DNA of 62,718 nucleotides, filler included, from an uncultured Thermoplasmatales archaeon (GTDB lineage: Archaea; Thermoplasmatota; E2; DHVEG-1): the NCBI GenBank assembly GCA_964517155.1. It is 8 parts of 8 records of this genome, joined end to end, with 100 filler letters (N's around TTAATTAATTAA, not from the genome) between each part and the next. Parts side by side here need not be neighbours in the genome. Positions count along the whole stretch, not along the records: positions 6,351 to 23,248 come from CAZFAZ010000063.1; positions 23,349 to 37,179 come from CAZFAZ010000064.1; 6 more parts are not named here. One strand, written 5' to 3'. Below are positions 22,363 through 32,973 of this stretch, in pieces. The position numbers and the translations under genes are program-made. The notes beneath the pieces were generated by a model, which had not been told where the DNA came from, searched no databases, and saw nothing but the letters and a program-made list of their open reading frames with translations. The stretch's first letter is position 1. Each line of letters begins with the position of its first letter.

Positions 22363-22812
22363 TTATTTATTTAAATTTCTTATTTTAATTTTACTTTCAG
22401 CAAGCATTTTCTTCGCAAGGTCATCAGGATAATCACCAGAATAAACAATTTCTTCAACACCTGCATTTATAAGCATTTTAACACAAACAACACAAGGCGT
22501 ATTTGTACAATATAAAGTCGAACCTTTTATGGATGTACCAAAAACTGCAGCTTGTATAATTGCGTTCTGCTCAGCATGCAAACCGCGACAGAGTTCATGT
22601 CTTTCACCCGAAGGAATATTCATATTTTCTCGGATACAACCAACCTCCGAACAGTGCTTCAAACCTTTCGGAGCACCATTATAACCTGTGCTAAGTATAT
22701 GTTTATCTTTAACAAGTATGGCTCCTACGTGCCTACGGAGACAAGTGCTCCTTTTAGAGACAACATGCGCCATTTCCATGAAATATTCATCATACGAAGG
22801 TCTTTTCATCAT
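22363..22812 (-). CDS. dCMP deaminase-family protein
   Basis: RSTC.RR.VGA, TGYNG, HAEQNA, PC..C. Confidence 0.93.
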   Translation of the reverse strand: MMKRPSYDEYFMEMAHVVSKRSTCLRRHVGAILVKDKHILSTGYNGAPKGLKHCSEVGCIRENMNIPSGERHELCRGLHAEQNAIIQAAVFGTSIKGSTLYCTNTPCVVCVKMLINAGVEEIVYSGDYPDDLAKKMLAESKIKIRNLNK

Positions 22813-22934
22813 AATAATCAAATGCATAATACAAAAACATAGTTAATAGAATTATGATTTGATTTGAAACAATACTATTAAAAACGATTAAGATATTTGG
22901 ATTTTAATAATTTTTAAAAAAGGGGAAGATAAAA

Positions 22935-23246
22935 ATGTCGTATAAATATGGGATTTTTCAATCATCACCAAAAAGCTGTGTCTTTTATAAAGAAGATGAA
23001 GATGGAAACCAATCAACATTTAATATTTTAGTAACACCAAAAGAACGCGAAAAAGACGCTGAGAAGATAATTGCATTTATCGATAATGAACAGATGAAAA
23101 AAGAAAACTGGGCAAAAACAGAAGTGACCGATGTAAAAGATGTAATAGAAGCATTTGGCGGTTGGGCTACTGATGCACCTATAATATTTGAATTAGAAGC
23201 ACATAAAAGTCTTAGTAATTGTTTGAAAACAGTGCTAAAAAAATAA
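22935..23246 (+). CDS. Hypothetical protein
   Basis: 103-aa ORF with GGGGA SD; no recognised motif. Confidence 0.7.
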   Translation: MSYKYGIFQSSPKSCVFYKEDEDGNQSTFNILVTPKEREKDAEKIIAFIDNEQMKKENWAKTEVTDVKDVIEAFGGWATDAPIIFELEAHKSLSNCLKTVLKK

Positions 23247-23348
23247 AANNNNNNNNNNNNNNNNNNNNNNNNNNNNNNNNNNNNNNNNNNNNTTAATTAA
23301 TTAANNNNNNNNNNNNNNNNNNNNNNNNNNNNNNNNNNNNNNNNNNNN

Positions 23349-24250
23349 TCTATTTCTTGAAAATCTTTTGGGACAAAAGATTCCTTAAATATTTTACGGG
23401 CATCTTCCTCAAGTAATCTGTAATCTATATATCTAGGACTTATATGAATTAAAAATAATTTTTCAACATTTGCTTCTTTAGCAATTTCAGCTGCTTGAGC
23501 CGCTGTTGTATGACCATACTCTCCAGCAACATCTTCAAGTTCTGATTCAAATGTAGCTTCGTGTATTAAAACATCTGCGTCTTTTGCAAATTCAACCATT
23601 TCTTTCATCGGTCTTGTATCACCAGAAAAAACAATTTTTCTTCCTTTGCGCTCATGTCCAAGGACAACATCTGGAGTAATTTTTCTACCATCCTTAAGGC
23701 TGATTGTTTCACCTTTTTGAAGCTTACTAAACAAAGGTCCTTCAGGTATACCAAGCGACAAAGCTTTAGGTTTATCAAATTTTCCAGGACGCATGTTTTC
23801 AACAAGACAATAAGCAAGCGCTGGCACACCATGATTAGCTCTAATAACATTGATTTTATACCCTTCGAACTCTAAGATATCTCCACCATCTAATTCCTGA
23901 GAAATAACTGGATAATTTGGCTTGAAATAACCAAGGCTTAGAAGTTGCACTAGCAGATCATTCATACCTTTCGGGCCATAGATATAAAGTGGTATATCTC
24001 TATCATTAAGCTGCATTGTTTGTATAAGACCAGGTATTCCTAAGAAATGATCACCATGAAAATGGGTTATAAAAATTTTTGAGATTTGCATATAACTCAA
24101 GCTTGATTTTTGAAATTGTCTTTGGGTTCCTTCTCCACAGTCAAACAAAAGTATTTCACCTGCTCTTTTTAAGGCTACTGATGAAACGTTTCGTTTCACG
24201 GTAGGCCAACTGCCGCCAGTTCCAAGAAATATTATGCTTAGCTGCGTCAT
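23349..24250 (-). CDS. rnz: Ribonuclease Z (last codons cut by contig end)
   Basis: FLGTG, DCGEGTQ, THFHGDH, exosite GP-motif, SGDT, HEATF, H.SPRY. Confidence 0.96.
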
Positions 24251-24286
24251 AATCAAAACCAGGGAACAAAATATATTGTTTAATAT

Positions 24287-25297
24287 TTATGGTTGTTTCT
24301 CAAAAACTGCAAAATAGCGTGTTAGGCTTTTATGTGCTCTAAACTCATGAAAGGTTAAAAGCTTCAGAGAATTTTGTGATTTAAGCCATTTTTTATCAGA
24401 AATTCCTACAACTGCTTTCTTTTTTTCTTTTAAAACATCTGAAAAAACTTCAAAAGCTCGTCTGTAAAGTTTATCCATATCCTCTCCTGCAGTAGTTGTT
24501 GCTTTTCCATAGGGTAAATCAGTTACAATTGCATCAACAAAAGATAGTTGTTTTTTAATATCACCTATATCTAAACAAAATACTTTGTAATTTTTTAATT
24601 TGTAAAATTCAAGTGTTTTTTTGCTGCCGTATACCATTTTTTTTTCTATATCGCTTCCAATTAATTTTGCACCTATTAAACCTGCTTCCAAAAGTATTCC
24701 TCCAGTCCCGCAGAAAGGATCAAGCAGTGTTTCATTTTGCTTAACACAAGAAAGGTTTACAATTGCACGAGCAATTTTTGGATGAAGTGAAATTGGCGAA
24801 AAATATGGCCTGAATTGAACCTTTCTTTTTTCATATTGGCTTCTATTAATGTTTACTATTTTTTTACAAACATATATTTTTGAATCAATAATAAAAATAC
24901 GGATTTCATTGTCAGGGTTTGTAAGGTTTACTTTTTTGTTTTTTGTATATATTTCTGCTATTTTATTTATTATTTCTTGAGAGTTTTTGTTTTTTGATCT
25001 ATTTTTATATCTTACAGCCACTGAACCAGGTAACTTTATTAAATTTTTTTTTGCGTTTTTTTCAATTTCCTCAATTGAATCTGAGCAAGTAAAAAATAAT
25101 TCATTGACATAAAAGCTGTGTGATAATCTATTTGCAACGTTTTTTATTTTATCAACATTTGCATTTGTTGATATAACTAAAACATCGTTGTTTTTTTCTG
25201 TAATAGTATATAAGATATCTTCAGCAGTTAAACATGAAAGTATTTCATTTCCTGCAAGAGATATATGTTCTTTTGATAATTCAAATAATATATTCAT
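24287..25297 (-). CDS. trm11: tRNA (guanine-10 N2)-methyltransferase, THUMP + MTase
   Basis: RP.F.P.SLHP..AR, LDPFCGTGG, TDLPYG, HKSLTR. Confidence 0.88.
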   Translation of the reverse strand: MNILFELSKEHISLAGNEILSCLTAEDILYTITEKNNDVLVISTNANVDKIKNVANRLSHSFYVNELFFTCSDSIEEIEKNAKKNLIKLPGSVAVRYKNRSKNKNSQEIINKIAEIYTKNKKVNLTNPDNEIRIFIIDSKIYVCKKIVNINRSQYEKRKVQFRPYFSPISLHPKIARAIVNLSCVKQNETLLDPFCGTGGILLEAGLIGAKLIGSDIEKKMVYGSKKTLEFYKLKNYKVFCLDIGDIKKQLSFVDAIVTDLPYGKATTTAGEDMDKLYRRAFEVFSDVLKEKKKAVVGISDKKWLKSQNSLKLLTFHEFRAHKSLTRYFAVFEKQP

Positions 25298-25338
25298 CTG
25301 ATATCTTATAACTAAAAGGTATGTAAATATATTTTTAC

Positions 25339-26553
25339 TTATTTTTTTGCATTTATTATCTTTATCATAACTGGTGTTATTATCGCTGTAATTATACACA
25401 AAAGAATTGTTGTTGCAAGTAGGTTATCTGCAATTGATTCATATCCTTTAAACATATCATGTGAAATTGCAATAGTTACTGTTACAATTGCCATTTCTAA
25501 ACGAGGTATCATACCAACGCCTACAAGAAGTGAATCCTTTTTTGACATACCCGCTATTTTTGCACCTATGCCACAACCAATTATTTTTCCAGTAACGCCT
25601 ACAACTATTACTAATGCAGCAAATATACCTATTGATAAAAAAACAGATAGATCAACGCTTGCTCCCACCCATACAAAGAAAAGAGGTATAAAAATACCCT
25701 CGCCGATTACACGTACATCTTTTTTTATTCTTCTCGAACCTATAAGTGTGTTTCCGATTAATAAACCTGCGACAAATCCTCCAATAATTCCAGTTATTCC
25801 TGCACCCTCTGCAAAAAATGCATATATGAAAAGTATCGCCAGGGAAATACTTAAAAGGGCTTTTGGGAGGCGTATTTTATCACCAAATGCTAAAATTTTA
25901 TCAATTATTTTTAAACCAATAAACAGGAAAATAAAGAAGTATATCACAATTTTGACGGCCAAATCAAGCGGTGAGCCACCAAGTAATAATGCTAATAATA
26001 TAATTCCAATTAAATCATCGATTACTGCTGCACCAAGTATTGTTACTCCTGAATCAGAATCAAGTGCATTTAGACTCATTAACGTTCTAACTGTTACTCC
26101 AACTGATGTTGCAACTAAAATTAGGCCAATAACTGCAGAAATCTCCCAGGGTAAGCCAAAGTATATGCCTAGGGATATACCAAAAATCAAAGGAACAATA
26201 ACCCCACCCGCGGCAGTAAATGCGGATACTTTACCCATTTTTTTCATTTTAAAAATATCGGTTTCAAGTCCAGAAATAAAAAGTAAAAATAGTATACCTA
26301 TATCTGCAAATATTTTAAAATCACCAGATGCAAAATTTATTTCAGGGAATTTAAAAGCAAATGGATATCCTAAAAGATTTATATCAAAATTATAGTTTGA
26401 AAGCATACCTAGTCCAAAACTTCCAAGTAAAAAACCGGCCAATATCTCGCCAATAACCGAAGGTTGATTAAATCTATCAAAAATATAACCTAATATCCTT
26501 GCAAGTATCAATGCAATTGCGATAAGTAATAAAAGAACAAATTCTTGCGTTAT
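25339..26553 (-). CDS. CPA2-family cation:proton antiporter (probable ATA start at 26553)
   Basis: QP.V.GEILAG, ATSVG.T, AAV.DD, GM.PR.E; in-frame hydrophobic extension above the TTG at 26511. Confidence 0.9.
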   Translation of the reverse strand: MTQEFVLLLLIAIALILARILGYIFDRFNQPSVIGEILAGFLLGSFGLGMLSNYNFDINLLGYPFAFKFPEINFASGDFKIFADIGILFLLFISGLETDIFKMKKMGKVSAFTAAGGVIVPLIFGISLGIYFGLPWEISAVIGLILVATSVGVTVRTLMSLNALDSDSGVTILGAAVIDDLIGIILLALLLGGSPLDLAVKIVIYFFIFLFIGLKIIDKILAFGDKIRLPKALLSISLAILFIYAFFAEGAGITGIIGGFVAGLLIGNTLIGSRRIKKDVRVIGEGIFIPLFFVWVGASVDLSVFLSIGIFAALVIVVGVTGKIIGCGIGAKIAGMSKKDSLLVGVGMIPRLEMAIVTVTIAISHDMFKGYESIADNLLATTILLCIITAIITPVMIKIINAKK

Positions 26554-27059
26554 TAAACACCTTCTCCCTCTTCATCTATTGAAATATATTGAGTTGCACC
26601 ATAATATTTTCTTATAAGCTGATGCAGGGTAAGCTCACCAACAATTTTTTTATCAGTTACAACTGGAAGTCTCCTAAGATCATACTTTGTCATTTTCATT
26701 AAAGCATCAATTATTTTATCATCAGGTTCACAGGTAATAATTCGGTGGCACATGATATCCTCAGCAGTTTTTGCTGTGCCATTTTTTATAGAGCTGATAT
26801 CAGGTATACCAAAGATATAGCCAGGTAGATTCTTAGGAGCGAGAATCGAAAGAACATCATGTTCTGTAATCACGCCTGCAAGTTCCTTTGTTTCTTTATC
26901 TTTTACAACCCATATATGGTTGCGTGCACCAAGAATTGAAAGAACATGATAGATATCTTCTTTTTCTTCAATTATTGGTAAATCCCATACTCGTTTATCA
27001 ATAATTTGACTAACTTTCAATTCATAAAAGTCTGATATAAGTTTATTTTTTTTTGCCAT
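26553..27059 (-). CDS. CBS-domain protein, coupled to antiporter
   Basis: Two CBS repeats (GVITEHD; RRLPV..VG.LT). Confidence 0.9.
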   Translation of the reverse strand: MAKKNKLISDFYELKVSQIIDKRVWDLPIIEEKEDIYHVLSILGARNHIWVVKDKETKELAGVITEHDVLSILAPKNLPGYIFGIPDISSIKNGTAKTAEDIMCHRIITCEPDDKIIDALMKMTKYDLRRLPVVTDKKIVGELTLHQLIRKYYGATQYISIDEEGEGV

Positions 27060-27108
27060 AAAAAACCCTTAACCTTATTAAAATATTTAAACACTACTTA
27101 AAGATTAT

Positions 27109-28299
27109 TTATTTGTTGTTTTCTTCTTGATTTTGTTTTTTCTTTTTCATTTTTTCATCTATTTTTTTCTTAATATCATCTACACCTTCAAACCATTTAT
27201 CTATGCCTTCTTCATCAATTTCTCCTGTGAGTTTATCAATTTCATAGCGTATTTCATCTACACCTTCAAACCAATCATACTCACGGCGTTGAGTCTTTTT
27301 CTTATCAATGATATCTTGGGTTTCATCTTTTTGAGTTTTTACATCGACTATTTCTTTTTCTTTACGGGAGCGGCTTATCCTTATTTCTTCAACTTTACTA
27401 TCTTTACCTTGATTGACTCTAATAGAAGGTCCGATAAAACCTTGGGACTCAAACCTGTTTTTATCAGATGAGGTATCTGATTCTGAAGTATATTTATCAA
27501 TAGTTTTTTTATTTGATATTTCTTTTGCACGGTTGTAAACATTTTTTTTCTGTCTTAAATGAACAAATAAAATAGAAAAAAGGAGTGCTAAGATAGCTAT
27601 AAAAACCATAAAGTATTTGTTATTTATAATAAGAGTAAGCAAGTCTTCTTTAAGATTTATACGAATATAAATTGAGTCAGATACATAACCTTCTTTACTT
27701 GCTATAACTCTAATTTCTTCAAATCCTTTATCAGGAGCTTTTAAAAAAGCAATGCCTTTTTCATTTGTTGTTTCAACATTATCCCACTGATTAGAAATAT
27801 AAACAGTTGCTCCTTCTACAGGTTGATCTTGTTTGCCGTCTTCGTATACAGTTACATAAAATATATCTCCTGCAGAAATAACAAGATCTTTAGCATCTAC
27901 TTTAAGAACTTTTTCACCTGTATTTTTTACATAAACAGCCTCATAACCTGGTAAATATCCTTCTTTAGATGCATATATTAGAATTGGTGTGTCTTCGTCT
28001 ACCAGTGGTGCTTTGATTTCAATTTCATAGTTATCACCTTGCTCAGTAATTGTATATAATTGGTCGTTAAATGTGATATTTACATTTGTTAACATTTCTA
28101 TTTCTTCTGACTCATTTATAATATAAGCACTAACTGTAAAGTAATCATTTTCATTGACGTCTGTTGGTTCTATATCAATTAGTATAGACTGCATCTGTGC
28201 TAGAGAATTAACAGCAGATATACTAATAAAAAATATAAAAATTAGTATAAAACTTAAACTAATCTTAATTTTGGATTTTTTGTTTTTCCTCAGAACCAC
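27109..28299 (-). CDS. Membrane protein: extracellular beta-sandwich repeats, TM, charged cytoplasmic tail
   Basis: Signal peptide, two ASKEGY repeats, PVEGATV..TT.E.G, TM helix. Confidence 0.8.
   Translation of the reverse strand: MVLRKNKKSKIKISLSFILIFIFFISISAVNSLAQMQSILIDIEPTDVNENDYFTVSAYIINESEEIEMLTNVNITFNDQLYTITEQGDNYEIEIKAPLVDEDTPILIYASKEGYLPGYEAVYVKNTGEKVLKVDAKDLVISAGDIFYVTVYEDGKQDQPVEGATVYISNQWDNVETTNEKGIAFLKAPDKGFEEIRVIASKEGYVSDSIYIRINLKEDLLTLIINNKYFMVFIAILALLFSILFVHLRQKKNVYNRAKEISNKKTIDKYTSESDTSSDKNRFESQGFIGPSIRVNQGKDSKVEEIRISRSRKEKEIVDVKTQKDETQDIIDKKKTQRREYDWFEGVDEIRYEIDKLTGEIDEEGIDKWFEGVDDIKKKIDEKMKKKKQNQEENNK
27176..27273. repeat. Two identical 20-nt copies 78 nt apart (WFEGVD peptide repeat)
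   Basis: TCATCTACACCTTCAAACCA at 27176-27195 and 27254-27273. Confidence 0.85.
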
Positions 28300-28492
28300 C
28301 TTTCAAGATTGCGTTTTTATTATGTATGCTTAGGTATTTATTTTTTTTCAAATTAATATTTTTTTGTGGAGTACAAATATTATTTCGCTTTTTAATTTAG
28401 GCTTAAAATGCTGTTTTTTGCTTAATTTACCCATTTATAGCTTTTAATAGCAAAATATTTATAAAATATTAAATATATTATAATATTGCTAG

Positions 28493-28526
28493 AATAGTTG
28501 CCAAATACTAAAAAATGGTAACTATT
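28493..28526. promoter_or_regulatory. Inverted repeat upstream of TATA box, between divergent genes
   Basis: AATAGTTGCCA-N12-TGGTAACTATT (10/11); TTTATATA at 28538-28545. Confidence 0.5.
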
Positions 28527-28585
28527 GTCAACAAAGATTTATATATAAATACACACAAAAATAAAGATGTAGGTGAGATAACAGC

Positions 28586-31528
28586 ATGCTTATAAACAAA
28601 AAAACCCAGATATGGGCAATAACTTTCGCCCTCTTATTCAGTTTATTATCACTTAATTTTAGTAATAATATAAAAGCAGAAGAGCCTTATGACTCAGAAT
28701 CAATTATGGAATTAATCGATATATTTAGCTCTATGATTGATTTCGAAGACGAGTTAGGACCACATCCATTTAGACAAGTTGGAATATGGCAAAGCAACAA
28801 ATCAATGACTATTCAAGAAGATATAGAGTTTGAACTGTATTTCTCAGCACCACTTTTTACACAAATTCAACTATTGGAATTAATAGATTATCAAGATACT
28901 TTAAAAATAGATGTTTATCATATAAATTCACAAGGTTTAAAAAATCGTATTCAAAATGGTAATGCAACAATAAAATTAGAACCAGAAACACTTGGAGATT
29001 ATGTCCAAAAATTCAACGTTAAATTAGAAGACATTCAGGTAAGTATAGATGAAAACGAATATCTAGCATTTGTAATTGAAATTGAACAATCCAAAAAACC
29101 AGTAAATAGTTTTGTAGAAAAAAGATTTGACACAAAAATTATTGGAAGACTAGAAAAAATTTCAAATATGCTAAGAAAAAGTACAGATCCAAATCTTATA
29201 GAAATATCAGATATTATTGATATATTACTAGAAAATCTAACTTATGTAGATATCGGTGGAGCAGAAGTAGCAGCCCTTGCGAATGTTTTATGTTCCAGTG
29301 CTTTTTATTATGGATCAAGCAGTCATCCAGCATCTATTAAATTTAAAAATGATGAAGCAGAAGAAATAACAGTATACTTTCAAGGCCAATATTCAGATTT
29401 TCAGTATGAATCATATTATTTAACAGAGATGTTTCTTTTTGAAAGAATAGTAAATGAAACAAAACCTACATCAAGTACAAAGTTTGCTTGGCCACCTATA
29501 CTTGCTGGATTAGAGGACTTTGAATCATTTGAAAATATAAGTGAAGACAGCGATATATTTAACTGGTTTGCAATATGGGCATTGTACACGCTCGGCAAAC
29601 CTATTGATGAACTTGATAAAAACAAAGTCACATATTATCTTGCTGAAGATGCAAAATTAACAACTGATAAACCAACTGGTTCAAACACCATAAAACAAAG
29701 CCTTTCAAAAGAACCTTTGTCTTGGAGTATTTCAGGTTTTGAAAGAAACAAGATGCTTACAAATGCAACTGCTCATCTAAATATTCATTATTCAAAGATT
29801 TTAATTCTTGGTAAAGTAAAAATAGTTGCTTCTTTAAAAATAAATGATGAAGTAATTGCAACTGATGAACAAGAATTAGATAGAACAAATATACTTGAGT
29901 TTTTACAGAAAGGACCAGATATAGAAACCAAGTTTACTTTTGATATTCAAGGAAATACCAAAGAAATATGTTATAACGATAATCTTAGTCTTGAAGTAGC
30001 CTTTGTTAAAAAACCAATTATGGGGTTGTTAAGACCAGTTAAGATACTATACGGCTCAAATGATTATCCTTCAAAAATTGTTTTAACATTAGAAGAAACA
30101 GATAATATAAAAATCGGCGAGTTGGAGGATAAAGTAGTATATTCTGGTGGAAGTGCACATTATATAGTAAATGTTACTAGTAAACATACAGATGAAGTAA
30201 AGATTACAGCTGAGGCAAAAGAAAAAACAGGAAACTGGAATATAGAAGTTTATCCAAAGGAACTTCAAATTACTTCAGGAAGTACTCAAAAAGTTCATAT
30301 CTTTATAAATTCAACCGCAGTTGATGATTCAGCATATGATGTAGATGAAATATACTTCTTTGTAAATGCAACAGGTAAAACCGGTTTTGATACAAATATT
30401 TCATATGTTTATGTTTCGCAAGATTCAGTTAAATACGATTTTGAAGTAAGTAATATTCCTGATGAAATAAAAATTAAACATGGTTCATCTGAAACATTTA
30501 CAATTACTATCATAAACAAAAACAAAGGATATATTTCTGATAAATATACAATAAATGCTAAAACTGAGCATGGCTTTAACGTAGACGTTAATTTATCCTC
30601 TGAAAAAGAAATAACTGTTTACAATCCTGATTCTGATAAAAATGAAGAGATAACAGTAAATATAACTGTTTATGCACCCTGGTATACAAATATTGCATCT
30701 GAGAAATTTACAATAGATATACTATCAGATAAAAGTTTTGATCAGCAAGATGAATTAGAAAAAACATTTATTGTTACAGTTAAAGTTACTACACCAAACA
30801 TCTTTGAAGGTATTTACAGAGCATTTGAATCTGCAGCAGGAAAAATAGGACTTACGGGCATATACGCGGGATGGATTTTAATTTCAGCAGTATTACTATT
30901 GCTTATAATAATCTGTATAATTGTAATATTACTTAAAAAAAGAAGATTTGCAGATATAATATGCACTGAAAGAATTAAAGAAATTACACCTGATGAAACT
31001 GCAAAATATGAAATATTACTTAAAAATCCATACAGATATGATCTTACATATAACATAACTGCAAAAACTGAAAATGATACAGAAGGCTTTGATGTTTCCG
31101 TTGATGCAACAGAATTAGCTTTACAATCTGGAGAAACAAAAGTTATAAACCTATTAGTTAAACCAAATGATAATGTTAAAAAAGATGATTGGGCAGAAGT
31201 AATAATCAGTGTAAAGCCTAGTGATAAGAACAAAGTAGCAGATATATCAACAGTTACAACTATCAAAAATGGTCAAGTAGATGTTAAATTATCTGGCGTG
31301 TTTCATTGGCCAAGAACATTTAAAAAAGGAGACAGAGTTGAAACATCATTTAAGGTTTGGAATTATGGCAATGTATCAACCGGTAAGATTAGCATTATTT
31401 TCTTTGTAAATGGCCAGGAAAAAAATAAAGTAGAAGATATTATTATACCTCGTGGAGGGCATGCTGATATTGAGATACCTTGGATTGCAGAAGCAGGAAA
31501 AAACCAGGTATATATAGTAGTTAATTAA
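28586..31528 (+). CDS. Large membrane-anchored protein with Ig-like/CARDB-like repeats
   Basis: Signal peptide, multiple beta-sandwich repeats, TM near residue 770, C-terminal N.G...F.VNG..W.A.AG CARDB-like domain. Confidence 0.8.
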   Translation: MLINKKTQIWAITFALLFSLLSLNFSNNIKAEEPYDSESIMELIDIFSSMIDFEDELGPHPFRQVGIWQSNKSMTIQEDIEFELYFSAPLFTQIQLLELIDYQDTLKIDVYHINSQGLKNRIQNGNATIKLEPETLGDYVQKFNVKLEDIQVSIDENEYLAFVIEIEQSKKPVNSFVEKRFDTKIIGRLEKISNMLRKSTDPNLIEISDIIDILLENLTYVDIGGAEVAALANVLCSSAFYYGSSSHPASIKFKNDEAEEITVYFQGQYSDFQYESYYLTEMFLFERIVNETKPTSSTKFAWPPILAGLEDFESFENISEDSDIFNWFAIWALYTLGKPIDELDKNKVTYYLAEDAKLTTDKPTGSNTIKQSLSKEPLSWSISGFERNKMLTNATAHLNIHYSKILILGKVKIVASLKINDEVIATDEQELDRTNILEFLQKGPDIETKFTFDIQGNTKEICYNDNLSLEVAFVKKPIMGLLRPVKILYGSNDYPSKIVLTLEETDNIKIGELEDKVVYSGGSAHYIVNVTSKHTDEVKITAEAKEKTGNWNIEVYPKELQITSGSTQKVHIFINSTAVDDSAYDVDEIYFFVNATGKTGFDTNISYVYVSQDSVKYDFEVSNIPDEIKIKHGSSETFTITIINKNKGYISDKYTINAKTEHGFNVDVNLSSEKEITVYNPDSDKNEEITVNITVYAPWYTNIASEKFTIDILSDKSFDQQDELEKTFIVTVKVTTPNIFEGIYRAFESAAGKIGLTGIYAGWILISAVLLLLIIICIIVILLKKRRFADIICTERIKEITPDETAKYEILLKNPYRYDLTYNITAKTENDTEGFDVSVDATELALQSGETKVINLLVKPNDNVKKDDWAEVIISVKPSDKNKVADISTVTTIKNGQVDVKLSGVFHWPRTFKKGDRVETSFKVWNYGNVSTGKISIIFFVNGQEKNKVEDIIIPRGGHADIEIPWIAEAGKNQVYIVVN

Positions 31529-31580
31529 TATCGGTGCTCAAATCTTATCAAAAAAAACAACAAAATTTATAGTGTTTCTT

Positions 31581-32459
31581 ATGTCTGAGAAAGCTGAAAG
31601 TAAAAAAGAAATTGAACAGTTAAAAGATGCAGAGAAAAAGTATCAGTCTTACATACAGAAAAGAAATGAACTTAATGACATGGCAAAAGTTGCTCGTGAA
31701 GAACGAGATATGATACATAACAGTCGTAAAGAGTTAAAAGAAGAAATTGAAAAAGTTAAAAAAGAGCGCAATGAGCTAGTCGAAAAAATGCGGCATCATA
31801 AAAAAATGCGCAATAACTATCAGGAAGAAGCAAAAAAGTTAATTGAAGCGAAACGCAATAAAAAAGGCGCTGTTTTTAAAAATTTACCTCTTCGTGTTGA
31901 AGAGCTTAAAGCAGATTTTCAAATGCTTGAATATCGGCAAGAAACCGTTCCTATGAATCATCAGGAAGAAAACGAGTTAATTGAAAAAATAAGGTTTAAA
32001 CGTGATGAATACGAAAGAACAAAGATGCATCTTGAAAAACAAAAAGAAGTAGAAATTGATATTTCTGATAAAGATAAAGCAATAGATGAAATGTTTAAAA
32101 AAGCAGATGAGGAGCATACTCTTGTTCAGAAGTATTATGATGAAAATCAGAAGAAACATGAAAGATACATGAAACTTATAAATGAGTTATCCGTATCAAT
32201 TGCTGAAGCAAATAAAAAGCATGCTGAGTATGTTGAACTTAAGAAAGAAGCGCAAACTGCACATGATAAAGCTTTTGAGATGAAAAGTAGAGTAATCGGT
32301 ATAAAAGGTGAAAGACGTAAAAGATTCCAGGAAGCAAAACAAGCGATAAAAGAACAAAATATCAAAGCTCGTAAAGCTGTAATGGATGAAAACAAGCTTG
32401 ATGAAATTGCAGATAAATCAGTAGATGCTTTAAAGAAGGGAGAAAAAATAAAATTATAA
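31581..32459 (+). CDS. Conserved archaeal coiled-coil protein (COG1340-like)
   Basis: R.ELN repeats, LE..QET...E.EL, terminal LKKGEKI.L. Confidence 0.8.
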   Translation: MSEKAESKKEIEQLKDAEKKYQSYIQKRNELNDMAKVAREERDMIHNSRKELKEEIEKVKKERNELVEKMRHHKKMRNNYQEEAKKLIEAKRNKKGAVFKNLPLRVEELKADFQMLEYRQETVPMNHQEENELIEKIRFKRDEYERTKMHLEKQKEVEIDISDKDKAIDEMFKKADEEHTLVQKYYDENQKKHERYMKLINELSVSIAEANKKHAEYVELKKEAQTAHDKAFEMKSRVIGIKGERRKRFQEAKQAIKEQNIKARKAVMDENKLDEIADKSVDALKKGEKIKL

Positions 32460-32475
32460 AAAAAAGTTTATTTAT

Positions 32476-32876
32476 CTAGGGCCCTGATAAACATCTAAGA
32501 GCTGGAAACGAATTAGGAAAAATCTCTAGCAATTTTTGGATTATATTGTTTAATATTAAAGAAAAACGATAAATTGATCGAGTTCTTGGTGTTGGATATC
32601 CTGCATCTTTCCATGCATTCATCCCACCGATCATATTATGTACATATCCATTAAATCCATCAATTGCAATTTTTTCAATGAGAAGATCTACCGCTTCACT
32701 GCTTCGAGCATCAGTATTGCAATAGACAATAACTTCTGAATTATTATATTGACCAATAAATTCTTCTAATCCAACTTCTTCATGCAAATCTGGATAGTTT
32801 ATTGGGTTTTCTGGTTCTGGTGTTTTTATATGCTTTTTTTCCCATTCTCCAGTGGTTCTAATATCTATCGGTATTC
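32476..32876 (-). pseudogene. 5'-truncated rhodanese-domain gene
   Basis: Frame reads *RIPIDIRTTGEW..HI..IVYCNTDARS..GGMNAWK.AGYP; in-frame stop just above the domain, no start codon or signal peptide. Confidence 0.65.
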
Positions 32877-32973
32877 GTCACAGATTATAAAAAAAATATG
32901 GTTTTACCTGTGGAAATTCTGTGATACAAAACAGTAAATTGAAAAAACTATCGTTTAACTGCTATAGTTAATA

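Noticed and set aside
25568..26395. 275-aa plus-strand ORF (and other antisense ORFs such as 111-539, 30814-31266, 50998-51444)
   Set aside because: Antisense shadows of well-supported genes, with no motifs
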